A stretch of 64,000 nucleotides of DNA from an uncultured Campylobacter sp. (GTDB lineage Bacteria; Campylobacterota; Campylobacteria; Campylobacterales; Campylobacteraceae), in contig NZ_CALJPC010000095.1 of the NCBI RefSeq assembly GCF_937981295.1, positions 10,478 to 74,477 of the forward strand, given 5' to 3'. Positions 51,138 to 61,364 of the stretch are shown here, in pieces. Made by a program: the position numbers and the translations under genes. How positions within the stretch are numbered: position 1 is the stretch's first letter; each line of letters begins with the position of its first letter. The notes below the pieces were generated by a model that was given only the letters and a program-made list of their open reading frames with translations, did no database searches and was not told the origin of the DNA.

Positions 51138-51620
51138 TTACAATCCAAGTCTCATGCCAATATCTTGCGATATTTCTATTGTTTGTTTTTGTTCTATGCT
51201 ACGGTCTATACCCAAACCAAGCATCCTCTTGCAATATTCCACAAAAGAAGCAACTACCGTTTTGCTCCCTATGCTTGCTATCAATGCCGAGCTTTCTAAA
51301 TTAACAGAGCTTCCCGCCCCGTCCTTTTGCTTAAATATAAAATTGGCGTATTCGTCAAATTCTCTTTTAAATATTCCATATTCTTTATTGCATTTTTTAA
51401 AAGAATCAACATCGGATTTAAAATCTTTTATACTACCGCCCAACTTATCTTGAAACATCCAATATTTATGCGCTCTGAGCTCAAATTTACCGTAATTTTC
51501 GCTACCGAAAATAAATATATGAAACCCATTGTCTAGCCAAGCTGAATTATGTGCTTTTATAGCTGTAACGCTTTTTCCCAATATAGCCATCGCAAAATAA
51601 AATCGTCTTAAAATTTTCAA
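51138..51620 (-). CDS. Hypothetical protein, probably a gene fragment
   Basis: AT-rich 160-aa ORF, no convincing start; hydrophobic fragments upstream in other frames. Confidence 0.3.
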   Translation of the reverse strand: MKILRRFYFAMAILGKSVTAIKAHNSAWLDNGFHIFIFGSENYGKFELRAHKYWMFQDKLGGSIKDFKSDVDSFKKCNKEYGIFKREFDEYANFIFKQKDGAGSSVNLESSALIASIGSKTVVASFVEYCKRMLGLGIDRSIEQKQTIEISQDIGMRLGL

Positions 51621-51745
51621 ATGACCATAGATGAGAAATTAATAAATTAAACGCCGTTGTAATCACAAAATTGTATAAAAACCAGCAAAAGCAAAATCCT
51701 AGTCATAAAAATAATCGCCGCCACCTCAAAATTTTATTGAGTTGC

Positions 51746-53134
51746 TTAAATTTTACCGATTTTAGCAAGATTATAAAACTCTCTCGCGGCATCGAATTTG
51801 CTTTTTATCTCGTATCGTTCGCCGCCTAGTTCAAAGCGGATTGCATTCGCGTGCAGCAACAATCTCGGCGCTCCCGTCGTTCTGATCCGCTCTGTCTCAT
51901 CCATCTTTTTATCCAATATCCGCTCCGCTTGCTCGCGCGAAAGCCCGTACAGCGGCTCTCCCAATATCGGCGCACCCGCGGCAAATAGATGCAGCCTGAT
52001 CTGATGCTGCCTACCCGTCAGCGGATAGCACTCAATCAGGCTAGCGTCTATGTCCGAGAAATATCGCAGCGGGCGTATCAGCGTGATCGCCTCTTTTCCG
52101 TCGCGCGATATTTTCATACGAATTTTAAGATCGGCAAACTCGTCGCTAGGAGCGATCGGAGCATCAATCACAAACCCCTCAAAATCCTTTAAAAATTTCA
52201 GTTTCTCGCTAAATTTTGCGTATTTTGCAGGCTCAAATTTTTTAAAATTTACGCAGCCCATAGAAGTAGCTGGCAAAGATTTAGCCACAGATAAGGCGCA
52301 AGGTTTATGTCCGTTATCCGCGCTACTCATCGCGATAGCGGGTTTAAGCTTATCACTCACGCCGCAGGATAAGGCATCAAATTCAGATCCGCTGTCAACA
52401 TCGCCAGCAGGAGCGCCAGATTCAAATTTAGCTTGCATGCCGTCAGATAGAGCATCGCACCATAATCTCCTACTCGCACTATTAGACAAGATATTAAATC
52501 CAAATTTATTGCCTACTCCTTTTAGAGCTAGTGTATCGCGCAGATCCGACACGTTATCTGGTAAACTCACAGCATTGCCCGCAAATTTTGATCCGCAAAT
52601 TTCATACGAACCTAGCGCATAGCAATTCTCTATCTCGCCATTGCAAGCAGCACTTTGCAAATCCCCTCGTACGAGCGCTAGATAGCTTTTCATCACTCTA
52701 CGCTGTTCGAAGCACTCTTTAAGCTCGCGCGCCGCGTCTTTATCCTTGGCGACGATAAGAATTCCGCTGGTTTCTAAATCAAGCCTATGCGCCACGCACG
52801 CGTCCTGCCCGTATAGCGACCAGATCTCGTCATACATATTATAAGGCGAGTTGCGCCCGCTCGGATGGCTTAAAATTCCACTCGGCTTGTCAAATGCCGC
52901 AAACGCATCGCACTCAAAGATCGGCTTCAGTCCGCGCGGCTCGCATTTGTAATCGATCAAAAAAATTTCTCCGTGCGCGACGGAGTTTTTATGCAAATTC
53001 TGATCCTCTGCATCGGTTACGCGGTGCTTGTCGCAGATGCGCTGCGCGGATTTCATATCGTATCCGAGGCTAAGCAGAATTTCGTAAATTTTGCGCCCCT
53101 CAAAGCTTCCCAAGCTTCTTTTCTCATAACCCAT
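51746..53134 (-). CDS. RluA-family pseudouridine synthase with about 160-aa internal insertion
   Basis: DKPSG, HRLDLETSG (catalytic Asp), KSYLALVRG, TGRQHQIRLHL, LLLHA. Confidence 0.92.
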   Translation of the reverse strand: MGYEKRSLGSFEGRKIYEILLSLGYDMKSAQRICDKHRVTDAEDQNLHKNSVAHGEIFLIDYKCEPRGLKPIFECDAFAAFDKPSGILSHPSGRNSPYNMYDEIWSLYGQDACVAHRLDLETSGILIVAKDKDAARELKECFEQRRVMKSYLALVRGDLQSAACNGEIENCYALGSYEICGSKFAGNAVSLPDNVSDLRDTLALKGVGNKFGFNILSNSASRRLWCDALSDGMQAKFESGAPAGDVDSGSEFDALSCGVSDKLKPAIAMSSADNGHKPCALSVAKSLPATSMGCVNFKKFEPAKYAKFSEKLKFLKDFEGFVIDAPIAPSDEFADLKIRMKISRDGKEAITLIRPLRYFSDIDASLIECYPLTGRQHQIRLHLFAAGAPILGEPLYGLSREQAERILDKKMDETERIRTTGAPRLLLHANAIRFELGGERYEIKSKFDAAREFYNLAKIGKI

Positions 53135-53209
53135 ATTAAACTTTCAGCCCTATTTTTATATAATTTTTGCCATCATTATACAAGAAATTCTAACCGAAAG
53201 GCTACTAAA

Positions 53210-54541
53210 ATGGTCGAAAGATACGCAAGAAAAGAGATGTCTGAAAAATGGAGCTTGCAAGCCAAATACGACGCGTGGCTAAAAGTCGAGCTCGCGGCGG
53301 TTAAGGCGTGGAATAAACTAGGTCTAATAAGCGACTGTGATAAAGATAAAATTCTACAAAACGCAAGCTTTAGGATCGAGCGGATAGATGAGATCGAAAA
53401 GACCACCAAGCACGACGTGATTGCATTTCTAACGAGCGTGAGTGAGAGCCTTGGGCAGGAGAGCCGCTTCGTGCATTACGGCATGACTAGCAGCGATTGC
53501 ATCGATACCGCCGTTGCACTACAAATCAAAGAAAGCATGGAGCTTATCATTGAGGATGTGCAAAATTTAAAAGCTGCGATAAAATCTCAAGCCATGAAGC
53601 ATAAAATGACACTGATGGTCGGGCGCAGCCACGGTATCCACGGCGAGCCGATCACTTTCGGACTCGTGCTTGCGGTCTGGTATGATGAGATAAATCGCGC
53701 GCTAGAGCTTTTGCAACACGCAAAAAGCGTTATCAGCTACGGCAAAATAAGCGGTGCGATGGGGAATTTCGCCCACGCTCCACTAGAGCTGGAAGAGCTA
53801 GTGTGCGAATATCTGGGGTTAAAGCCCGCTCCCGCGTCCAATCAAGTCATCCAGCGCGATCGCTACGCACAGGTAATGAGCGCACTTGCGATCCTGGCTT
53901 CCAGCTGCGAAAAGATCGCTATCGCAATCCGCCACTATCAACGCACCGAGGTTTATGAGGCAGAGGAATTTTTTAGCCCAGGTCAAAAGGGCAGCTCTGC
54001 GATGCCACACAAACGAAATCCTGTCCTTAGCGAAAACGTAACTGGACTATGTCGTATGATCCGTAGCTTCGCAATACCCGCGATGGAGGACGTAGCGCTA
54101 TGGCACGAACGCGACATCAGCCATAGCTCAGTCGAGCGATTTATCCTCCCTGATGGCTTTATAACCGCCGATTTTATGCTAAATCGCTTGACAAGCTTGA
54201 TCGAAAAACTGCTCGTATATCCCGAAAATATGATGAGAAATCTAAATTTAACCGGTGGGCTCGTGTTTTCGCAGCGCGTACTGCTAGAGCTGCCTAAACG
54301 AGGAGTTAGCAGAGAGGATGCCTATAAGATCGTACAGCGTAATGCGATGAAGGTCTGGGCGGATCTGCAAGAGGGCAAAAAAGCTATAGATGAGCAAGGG
54401 CATAGCCTGTTTTTGCAAAATCTGCTCGCAGATACAAAGCTGCGAGAAAAACTAAGCGAAAGCGAGATTAAAGAGTGCTTCGACTACGGATATTACACTA
54501 AAAACGTAGACGCGATTTTCGCTAGGGTTTTTGGCAAATAG
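53210..54541 (+). CDS. purB: Adenylosuccinate lyase
   Basis: MVERY, TKHDVIAF, GRSHGIH, GSSAMPHKRNP, HERDISHSSVER. Confidence 0.98.
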   Translation: MVERYARKEMSEKWSLQAKYDAWLKVELAAVKAWNKLGLISDCDKDKILQNASFRIERIDEIEKTTKHDVIAFLTSVSESLGQESRFVHYGMTSSDCIDTAVALQIKESMELIIEDVQNLKAAIKSQAMKHKMTLMVGRSHGIHGEPITFGLVLAVWYDEINRALELLQHAKSVISYGKISGAMGNFAHAPLELEELVCEYLGLKPAPASNQVIQRDRYAQVMSALAILASSCEKIAIAIRHYQRTEVYEAEEFFSPGQKGSSAMPHKRNPVLSENVTGLCRMIRSFAIPAMEDVALWHERDISHSSVERFILPDGFITADFMLNRLTSLIEKLLVYPENMMRNLNLTGGLVFSQRVLLELPKRGVSREDAYKIVQRNAMKVWADLQEGKKAIDEQGHSLFLQNLLADTKLREKLSESEIKECFDYGYYTKNVDAIFARVFGK

Positions 54542-55304
54542 CAGGCACGACGACTTGCTATTTTAAAACTCCGAGCTAGCTTACAAAATATAGCAAAGCA
54601 GCTAGAAATTTATGTTTGCACCGAAGTATTTTAAAAACAGCGATTGAAATTTTAAAATTTTTACAAAGACAAAATTTTAGTAAAAGCATAGCGCTTGCGG
54701 ATTAATCTAGCATCTAAATCCGCACGACAGGCATCTACCGCTTTTACCGCGAATTTATAAAGGTAAAAATTCTACGCTTGCGACTAACATTAAAATCGTA
54801 AAAATTTAATGCTTTAAAACGTTAAAATTCTTAGACGCAGTAGTTTTAGAATTTTACCGCAAAATTTAAGTGCTAATCCCGAAGATGTAAATGCGAGATT
54901 TCCATAAAGCAAAATGGCATTTCTGCGTCGTACTCGAACTAGGGGTCGTGAGATATCCGAAGCAATTATGAAACAAATTTAAAGTGGCAAATGGGGACAT
55001 TGATAAAATTCCGCTTTTTCAACTTGAGATTTTAACGATTCTTAGAAAAAAGCGGATTGAGTAAAATTTCATAAATTCCATCAATTTAAGAGCTTAGCAG
55101 ATAGCACTAAAAATAGGAAATTAAGCTTGGGTAATGATATTTTTAAAAATTTTAAAATTTTATACGCGTAAGCGGGTAAAATTTGACGTCTAATATCGGC
55201 AGCACCCTTGATTATCATATAATTACGTCTGAATTGCTCGCAAATTTCGGATTAAACAATCCTGCCTGCGATTTGATGTCTAATAATTATTTGGAATTTA
55301 AAAT

Positions 55305-55334
55305 GGATGGAGCGGGAGTTCGTTCGCCCCATCC
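55305..55334 (-). terminator. Hairpin downstream of OMP gene
   Basis: GGATGGAGCG...CGCCCCATCC stem 20 nt past the stop. Confidence 0.5.
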
Positions 55335-55355
55335 TGCGCTAGTACGTTAGAATTT

Positions 55356-55988
55356 TTAGAATTTAAAATTATACCCTATATAAATTCCATGGTTAGTCTC
55401 ATATACCTTGTCTACATCCTCTCCGAGCTTACTGGCCTTGTACCTCGTATAGTCCGCCTTGTAGCCAAACTCGATCTCGTTATGCTCATCAAAGCTATAT
55501 AGCCCGCCTAGTCTTGCACCGATGACCCAGCCAGGCAGAGTCTTTGAAAGCGAATCGCTGCTTCCGTCAGATTCGTCATACGAATAAATTTTATATTTCA
55601 AAAATGAAACTCCTGTATATGCGCCCGCTACGAGTTTAAAGCCATTCGTAATCTCAGGCGTAAAATCCCCGCCTACGAGCAAGCTATGCTTATTCCACTC
55701 GTGTTTAAATATGATGTCCTCGTCAGTGCCAGTTTTCGAAGCTTTGAAATCATACAAGTACTCGCCGTACGCCCTAGCTATACCAAAATCATAGCCGCCT
55801 TTAAAGCCGAGCGCAGCCTGACCCTTATTATCTTTATTCGTGCCAGAATCGTCCTCGTCAGACCATTTAGTAGTGATGCTGGATTTAAAAGAATAATCTC
55901 CCTCGATACCTAAAAATATCCCCTCGCCAAAGCTTGAACTCACGCATACCGCAGCGGCAAACGCCGCGATTAAAATTTTGTTTTTCAC
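55356..55988 (-). CDS. Outer-membrane beta-barrel protein (8-stranded type)
   Basis: Signal peptide, alternating aromatic strands, C-terminal YIGYNFKF; GTG start after AAGGAG. Confidence 0.85.
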   Translation of the reverse strand: MKNKILIAAFAAAVCVSSSFGEGIFLGIEGDYSFKSSITTKWSDEDDSGTNKDNKGQAALGFKGGYDFGIARAYGEYLYDFKASKTGTDEDIIFKHEWNKHSLLVGGDFTPEITNGFKLVAGAYTGVSFLKYKIYSYDESDGSSDSLSKTLPGWVIGARLGGLYSFDEHNEIEFGYKADYTRYKASKLGEDVDKVYETNHGIYIGYNFKF

Positions 55989-56467
55989 ATTTTCTCCTTA
56001 TAATTTATAATTTCGGGCTTTCCGCCGCCGCTTTTGCTATTTCACCGCTTGCCGTCCTTAAGCATTCCGCCGGGTTCGCTTACGGGCTCGTTTAAAATTT
56101 GCTGATTATAATATCCTTTTTTTGAAATTCCGATGAATTTTGCGGCAAGACTTGGAATTTTATCTCACTCGCCTTGGATAAAATTTTATCTCGATTGCCA
56201 GCACGGAATTCGACGAAATTCTACGCCGCCTCCCTTGAGCAGTTAGCAAATTTAATGTCGGGTGTCATTAAAAAATAATCTGTGATGAAATTTAAAGCGC
56301 TTACTTAGTTGTTCGTTTTTATGTATAATTTAAAATTTACACATGAGATAAGTGCCGTGTTACCGATAGTAACTGCACTTTTAAAAATTTAAGACGATTT
56401 GATTTGGAATTTATAAAATTCCCGCCTCATTTTTGTATCATAAGCCAAATCCAAAAAAGGAGTATCT

Positions 56468-57940
56468 ATGGAAGAACACAAAGTGGAGTTACGCAACTCC
56501 CGCTTGCAAGGACCACTGGACTCAGACGTAGACGAGCTGGGTTTAGACAGGCTAACCGACACCGTGCCGTTTCCTAAGCGTGGTGTCATCATTATGGCGA
56601 TTGCCGCTGCTGTGGGCTTTGCGCTATATGCCGCGCTACCATTTGAGCCTAATGTCAAAAAAGGCCTTGCGTTACTTGCTTTTATCGCGATTATGTGGCT
56701 TACAGAGGCCGTGCATATCACGGTAACCGCGCTTATGGTGCCGGTGCTTGCGGTAGCTATCGGACTTGGCAAATTCGCCAAAGATGGCACTTTCACAGCT
56801 GCCACCATCAAAAGCACGCTTGCAAATTTTGCAAACCCTACGATCTTTACCTTTTTCGGCGGTTTTGCTCTGGCAACGGCTCTGCATATGCAAAAGCTCG
56901 ATAAAAAGATCGCGATGTGGCTAATCGCCCGCGCAGGCGGTCGCTTGGGTGTAGCTGCGATTTTAATCTGCCTTGCTACGGCAATCCTTTCGATGTGGGT
57001 TTCAAATACCGCAACTGCTGCTATGATGCTTCCGATCGCGCTTGGAATTTGCGCCAACATGGACGAGAGCAAAGATCGCGGCACGCTCGTGTTTTTGCTT
57101 TTAGGCATCGCGTATTCTGCAAGCATCGGAGGTCTGGGCACGCTCGTAGGATCTCCGCCAAATTTAATCGTGGCTCAAGCCTTGCACTACAGCTTCGCGG
57201 ACTGGATGAAGGTAGGTTTGCCGCTAATGTGCGTGATGCTACCGATAATGCTTGTGGTGCTTTATATAATTTTCAAGCCGAATTTAAGCCATAAAATAGA
57301 GATGGATCTGGAGCATATCCCTTGGACGCGCGAGCGCATTATTACTATCGTCGTATTTGCTCTAACGGCGCTTGGCTGGATATTTTCGAAACAAATTTCA
57401 GCCCTTGTGGGCTTTAAAGTGGACGATGCTTACGTCGCGATCTGCTCGGCAGTCGTAATCGTCATACTAGGGCTTGCCAAATGGCACGACATCGCCGAAA
57501 ACACCGAGTGGGGCGTGCTGTTGCTTTTCGGCGGCGGACTTACGCTAAGTGCGGTTTTAGGCGATTCCGGAGCTTCTAAGGTGCTTGGCGATCTAGTCGC
57601 GCACACTTTCGGTGGAGCGCCTACTTACATCGTACTTTTAGTAACAGCGGTTTTCATCATCTGCCTTACGGAATTTACCAGCAATACCGCCTCCGCTGCA
57701 CTTTTAGTACCAGTATTTGCGGGAGTAGCGGCTCAAATGGGGCTACCGAAAGAAACTCTTACGATCATCATAGGCGTAGGCGCGAGCTGCGCTTTCGTAA
57801 TGCCGGTAGCGACGCCGCCGAATGCTTTGGTTTTTGGAACGGGACGCATTCGCCAGGCGGAAATGGTGCGGAGTGGCGGAATTTTAGCAGTGGTTTCCGC
57901 GATTTTAGTTTCCGGCTACGCGTATATTTTTTACTCGTAA
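56468..57940 (+). CDS. DASS/SLC13 sodium-coupled dicarboxylate (or sulfate) symporter
   Basis: WLTEA, SMWVSNTAT, GTLVGSPPN, WGVLLLFGGG, TEFTSNTA, PVATPPNA. Confidence 0.94.
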   Translation: MEEHKVELRNSRLQGPLDSDVDELGLDRLTDTVPFPKRGVIIMAIAAAVGFALYAALPFEPNVKKGLALLAFIAIMWLTEAVHITVTALMVPVLAVAIGLGKFAKDGTFTAATIKSTLANFANPTIFTFFGGFALATALHMQKLDKKIAMWLIARAGGRLGVAAILICLATAILSMWVSNTATAAMMLPIALGICANMDESKDRGTLVFLLLGIAYSASIGGLGTLVGSPPNLIVAQALHYSFADWMKVGLPLMCVMLPIMLVVLYIIFKPNLSHKIEMDLEHIPWTRERIITIVVFALTALGWIFSKQISALVGFKVDDAYVAICSAVVIVILGLAKWHDIAENTEWGVLLLFGGGLTLSAVLGDSGASKVLGDLVAHTFGGAPTYIVLLVTAVFIICLTEFTSNTASAALLVPVFAGVAAQMGLPKETLTIIIGVGASCAFVMPVATPPNALVFGTGRIRQAEMVRSGGILAVVSAILVSGYAYIFYS

Positions 57941-57958
57941 AATTCCGTCAAAATTCTA

Positions 57959-57982
57959 TAGTCCGGGTATCTGCTCGGACTA
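57959..57982 (+). terminator. Hairpin after DASS gene
   Basis: TAGTCCGGGT-atct-GCTCGGACTA. Confidence 0.5.
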
Positions 57983-58106
57983 AATATATTTATAAGATAT
58001 ATTTTTAAACTCCTAAATTTTCGGAATCTTTATAAAAAAATTCTGATTTAATACTATTTTAATCAGTTATCTGTATAATATGCATATTTTACAGAAAGAA
58101 GAATTT

Positions 58107-58760
58107 ATGGATTTTGATTTTATAGCTAAATTTAGCCCTATGTTCGTAAAGGCGGGAATTTTAACGCTAAAGCTCGCATTTTACGGGATTTTACTATCCA
58201 TCATCATCGGCTTTATCTGCACGCTAATAAAATATAAAAGAGTACCTCTGCTAAGCCCGCTTGTGAGCGCATATATCGAGCTATCTCGCAACACTCCGCT
58301 TTTAATTCAGCTATTTTTTCTATACTACGGCCTGCCGAAGCTCGGCGTTCAAATTTCGGGCTTTACCTGCGCGATCGTAGGGCTTGCGTTTTTGGGCGGA
58401 AGCTATATGAGCGAGAGCTTTAGGCTCGGTTTTGAGGCGATAAAAAAATCCCAGATCGAAAGCGCGATGAGCCTAGGCCTTAGCGAAGCACAGATAGTGT
58501 TTTACGTCGTGCTGCCGCGTGCCTTTGCGATCGCCCTGCCCTCCATCAGCGCAAATATCATATTCCTACTCAAAGAAACCTCGATCGTTAGCATCGTCGC
58601 ACTCGCCGATCTCGTTTATGCCGCAAAGGACGTGATCGGGCTGTATTACAAGACGAACGAGGCACTGTTTATGCTAAGCGTTTCGTATCTGATCATAATC
58701 CTGCCGCTTTCGCTCGCACTTACGCTGCTTGAAAAGCGCCTTGCGTATATGAGAGGCTAG
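58107..58760 (+). CDS. Polar amino acid ABC permease
   Basis: YIELSRNTPLLIQ, SESFRLG..QIESAMSLG, LKETS. Confidence 0.93.
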   Translation: MDFDFIAKFSPMFVKAGILTLKLAFYGILLSIIIGFICTLIKYKRVPLLSPLVSAYIELSRNTPLLIQLFFLYYGLPKLGVQISGFTCAIVGLAFLGGSYMSESFRLGFEAIKKSQIESAMSLGLSEAQIVFYVVLPRAFAIALPSISANIIFLLKETSIVSIVALADLVYAAKDVIGLYYKTNEALFMLSVSYLIIILPLSLALTLLEKRLAYMRG

Positions 58761-58762
58761 CG

Positions 58763-59419
58763 ATGGAACTATTCGGCGGCGAAAATTTAATCAGGCTTCT
58801 TGGCGGACTTGGGGTCACGCTGCAAATCGCGCTCATCTCGATCGCGGTTTCGCTCGTACTAGGCTTGGTACTTGGAATTTTAATGGCCTCTGGGCGTAGA
58901 GCTTTATACATCCCGCTTAAAATTTGCCTAGAGATCGTACGTATCATGCCGCCTATCGTTTGGCTATTCATCGTGTATTTCGGTGCGAGCAAGGCATTTG
59001 GCATCCACATCTCAAATATCGCGGCTTCGATCATCGTCTTTAGCGTCTGGGGTGTTTTTGAGATGATGGATCTAGTGCGTGGCGCCGTGCTTAGCATCCC
59101 TAAGCATCAGTTCGAAAGCGCCGAAGCGCTCGCATTTAGCAGATCTCAAATTTATCTCTACGTGATCCTGCCGCTTGCGATGAGGCGCCTGGTGCCCGCG
59201 ACGATAAATTTATTCAGCAGGATGATAAAAACAACCTCGATCGCCGTGCTAATCGGCGTCATCGAGCTCGTCAAGGTCGGACAGCAGATCATCGAAGTAA
59301 ATGTCTTCCGCGACAATTACGCGCCACTAATCATCTACGGAGCGATATTCTTCGTATATTTTTTGATCTGCTACCCTATCTCGGCGCTTTCGAAAAAATT
59401 AGAAAATAGGTGGAGCTGA
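58763..59419 (+). CDS. Polar amino acid ABC permease
   Basis: EIVRIMP, LVRGAVLSIPKHQFESAEAL, IKTTS. Confidence 0.93.
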   Translation: MELFGGENLIRLLGGLGVTLQIALISIAVSLVLGLVLGILMASGRRALYIPLKICLEIVRIMPPIVWLFIVYFGASKAFGIHISNIAASIIVFSVWGVFEMMDLVRGAVLSIPKHQFESAEALAFSRSQIYLYVILPLAMRRLVPATINLFSRMIKTTSIAVLIGVIELVKVGQQIIEVNVFRDNYAPLIIYGAIFFVYFLICYPISALSKKLENRWS

Positions 59420-60156
59420 TGGAAATTTTAAAAATCGATAAAATCAATAAATTTTACGGCAAGCTGCACGCGCTAAAGGACGTCAGCCTTAGCGTCGCGC
59501 AGGGCGAAGTCGTTGTGATCCTAGGTCCTAGCGGCTGCGGTAAAAGCACCCTACTTCGCACGATCAACGGCTTAGAGCCGGTACAAAGCGGAAATTTTAT
59601 AATCGAAGGCGAACGGATCGATCAAAATTTCAAAGAGTGGCGCAGGATCAGACAAAAGATCGGCATGGTATTTCAAAGCTACGAGCTTTTCGATCATCTT
59701 AGCGTGCTACATAACATAATCCTGGGCCCGATGAAGGTGCAAAACGTCCCGAAAGAGGAGGCGATAGCTCTAGCTCGCGAATGGCTAAAGATCGTAGGTC
59801 TTGCGGATAAGGAAAACTCCTACCCCAAAGAGCTTAGCGGCGGGCAGAAACAGCGCATCGCAATCGTACGAAGCCTGGTGATGAAGCCCAAGATCATGCT
59901 TTTTGACGAGGTTACCGCAGCTCTTGATCCCGAGATCGTGCGCGAGGTGCTCGACGTAATGCTAAATCTTGCCAAAGAGGGGCAGACGATGCTAATCGTA
60001 ACGCACGAGATGGGCTTTGCGCGCGCCGTAGCCGATCGCATAGTTTTTATGGACGAGGGAAGCGTCGTCGAGATTAACGAGCCGGAGGCGTTCTTTACCG
60101 CTCCGAAGAGCGAGCGTGCGAAGAAATTTCTAAATATGTTCGAATTTAAAAAATAA
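59419..60156 (+). CDS. Polar amino acid ABC ATPase
   Basis: GPSGCGKST, LSGGQKQR, FDEVTAALD, VTHEMGFA. Confidence 0.95.
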   Translation: MEILKIDKINKFYGKLHALKDVSLSVAQGEVVVILGPSGCGKSTLLRTINGLEPVQSGNFIIEGERIDQNFKEWRRIRQKIGMVFQSYELFDHLSVLHNIILGPMKVQNVPKEEAIALAREWLKIVGLADKENSYPKELSGGQKQRIAIVRSLVMKPKIMLFDEVTAALDPEIVREVLDVMLNLAKEGQTMLIVTHEMGFARAVADRIVFMDEGSVVEINEPEAFFTAPKSERAKKFLNMFEFKK

Positions 60157-60176
60157 ATTTTAATAAAGGAGAAAAG

Positions 60177-61037
60177 ATGAAAAAAACGCTAAGCACGCTT
60201 TTTATCTTAGTTGCGTTATTTTTCGCAGGTTGCAACGACGAGGGCAAAGGCTCCTCAAATTCCGCACAAGGTTCCGCCGCTCCGCAAAGCTATATAGACG
60301 GAGTTAAAAAACGCGGTGTAGTGAGGATCGCCGTTTTCGGCGATAAGCCGCCGTTTGGCTACATTGACGAGACGGGCAAAAACGCGGGATATGATGTGTA
60401 TTTTGCAAAACGCATCGCAAAGGAGCTCTTAGGTGATGAGAGCAAGGTGCAGTTCGTGCTCGTAGAGGCGGCTAATCGCGCGGAATTTTTAGCGTCGGAT
60501 AAGGTCGATATCACGCTTGCAAATTTTACCGTCACGCCGGAGCGCAAAGAGGTCGTGGATTTCGCGCTGCCGTATATGAAGGTAGCTCTCGGCGTCGCGA
60601 GCCCGAATGGCGATATCACCGACGTTTCGCAGCTTAAGGACAAAACGCTTTTAATCAACAAAGGCACGACCGCAGATCTGTATTTTACGAAAAACCATCC
60701 CGAGATCAAGCTTTTAAAATTTGACCAAAATACTGAGACTTTCGGTGCGATGCTGGACGGCAGAGGCGATGCGATCGCGCATGATAATACGCTTTTGTTT
60801 GCGTGGACGAAGTCAAACCCTGGCTTTAAGGTAGGCATCCGCTCGCTCGGCGATCAGGACGTCATCGCGCCTGCGGTCAAAAAGGGCAACGATGAGCTTC
60901 GCAAGTGGCTTGACGATCTAATCGTAAAGCTCGCGGACGAGAAATTTTTCCACGCCGACTACGACGCGACGCTAGCGCCGGTATACGGCGACGACATCAA
61001 GGCTGATGACGTCGTAATCGAGGGCGGGAAGCTATAA
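60177..61037 (+). CDS. Amino acid (probably cysteine) binding lipoprotein, CjaA-like
   Basis: Lipobox FFAGC, FGDKPPFG, VEAANR, ANFTVTPER, PYMKVALG, HDNTLL. Confidence 0.85.
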   Translation: MKKTLSTLFILVALFFAGCNDEGKGSSNSAQGSAAPQSYIDGVKKRGVVRIAVFGDKPPFGYIDETGKNAGYDVYFAKRIAKELLGDESKVQFVLVEAANRAEFLASDKVDITLANFTVTPERKEVVDFALPYMKVALGVASPNGDITDVSQLKDKTLLINKGTTADLYFTKNHPEIKLLKFDQNTETFGAMLDGRGDAIAHDNTLLFAWTKSNPGFKVGIRSLGDQDVIAPAVKKGNDELRKWLDDLIVKLADEKFFHADYDATLAPVYGDDIKADDVVIEGGKL

Positions 61038-61060
61038 ATTTAGATTTGCCGTCTAGTTTA

Positions 61061-61080
61061 GCAGGGCAATTGAGCCCTGC
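61061..61080 (+). terminator. Hairpin after ABC operon
   Basis: GCAGGGC-aattga-GCCCTGC. Confidence 0.45.
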
Positions 61081-61326
61081 GACCTTGCAGTGACGAGCCC
61101 GCCGTAACTTTACCGAAACGGCGGCTGTAAACGCCCATAGGCGGCGAGCGCTTCTATAAGCTAGCTAAATTTATCGATCTAGCGGCAAAGTTTTGCTTCC
61201 GCACGGCGAATTGCCGCCGAGTAAATTTAGCCGAGCCAAAACGCAGCCTAGCGCGGGTCGTCGCGGCAAATTTTAAGTCGCACGCGGCGGCGTAAAATTT
61301 CAAGCGACAGTAGAATTCTAATACAA

Positions 61327-61364
61327 ACTGCTCGTGCGATAAAAATTTATATCGCACGAGCAGT
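61327..61364. repeat. Perfect 15-bp inverted repeat with AAAATTTA loop
   Basis: ACTGCTCGTGCGATA-aaaattta-TATCGCACGAGCAGT. Confidence 0.8.

Noticed and set aside
52181..52657. Intein in rluA
   Set aside because: No His-Asn/Cys-Ser-Thr splice junction or LAGLIDADG motifs.
52973..53209. Long N-terminal extension of purB
   Set aside because: Overlaps rluA on the other strand; conserved MVERY starts at 53210.
54542..55300. Structured ncRNA in the long purB-OMP spacer
   Set aside because: Only one loose inverted repeat (TCCGCTTTTT/AAAAAGCGGA); no tmRNA, RNase P, SRP or 6S features recognised.
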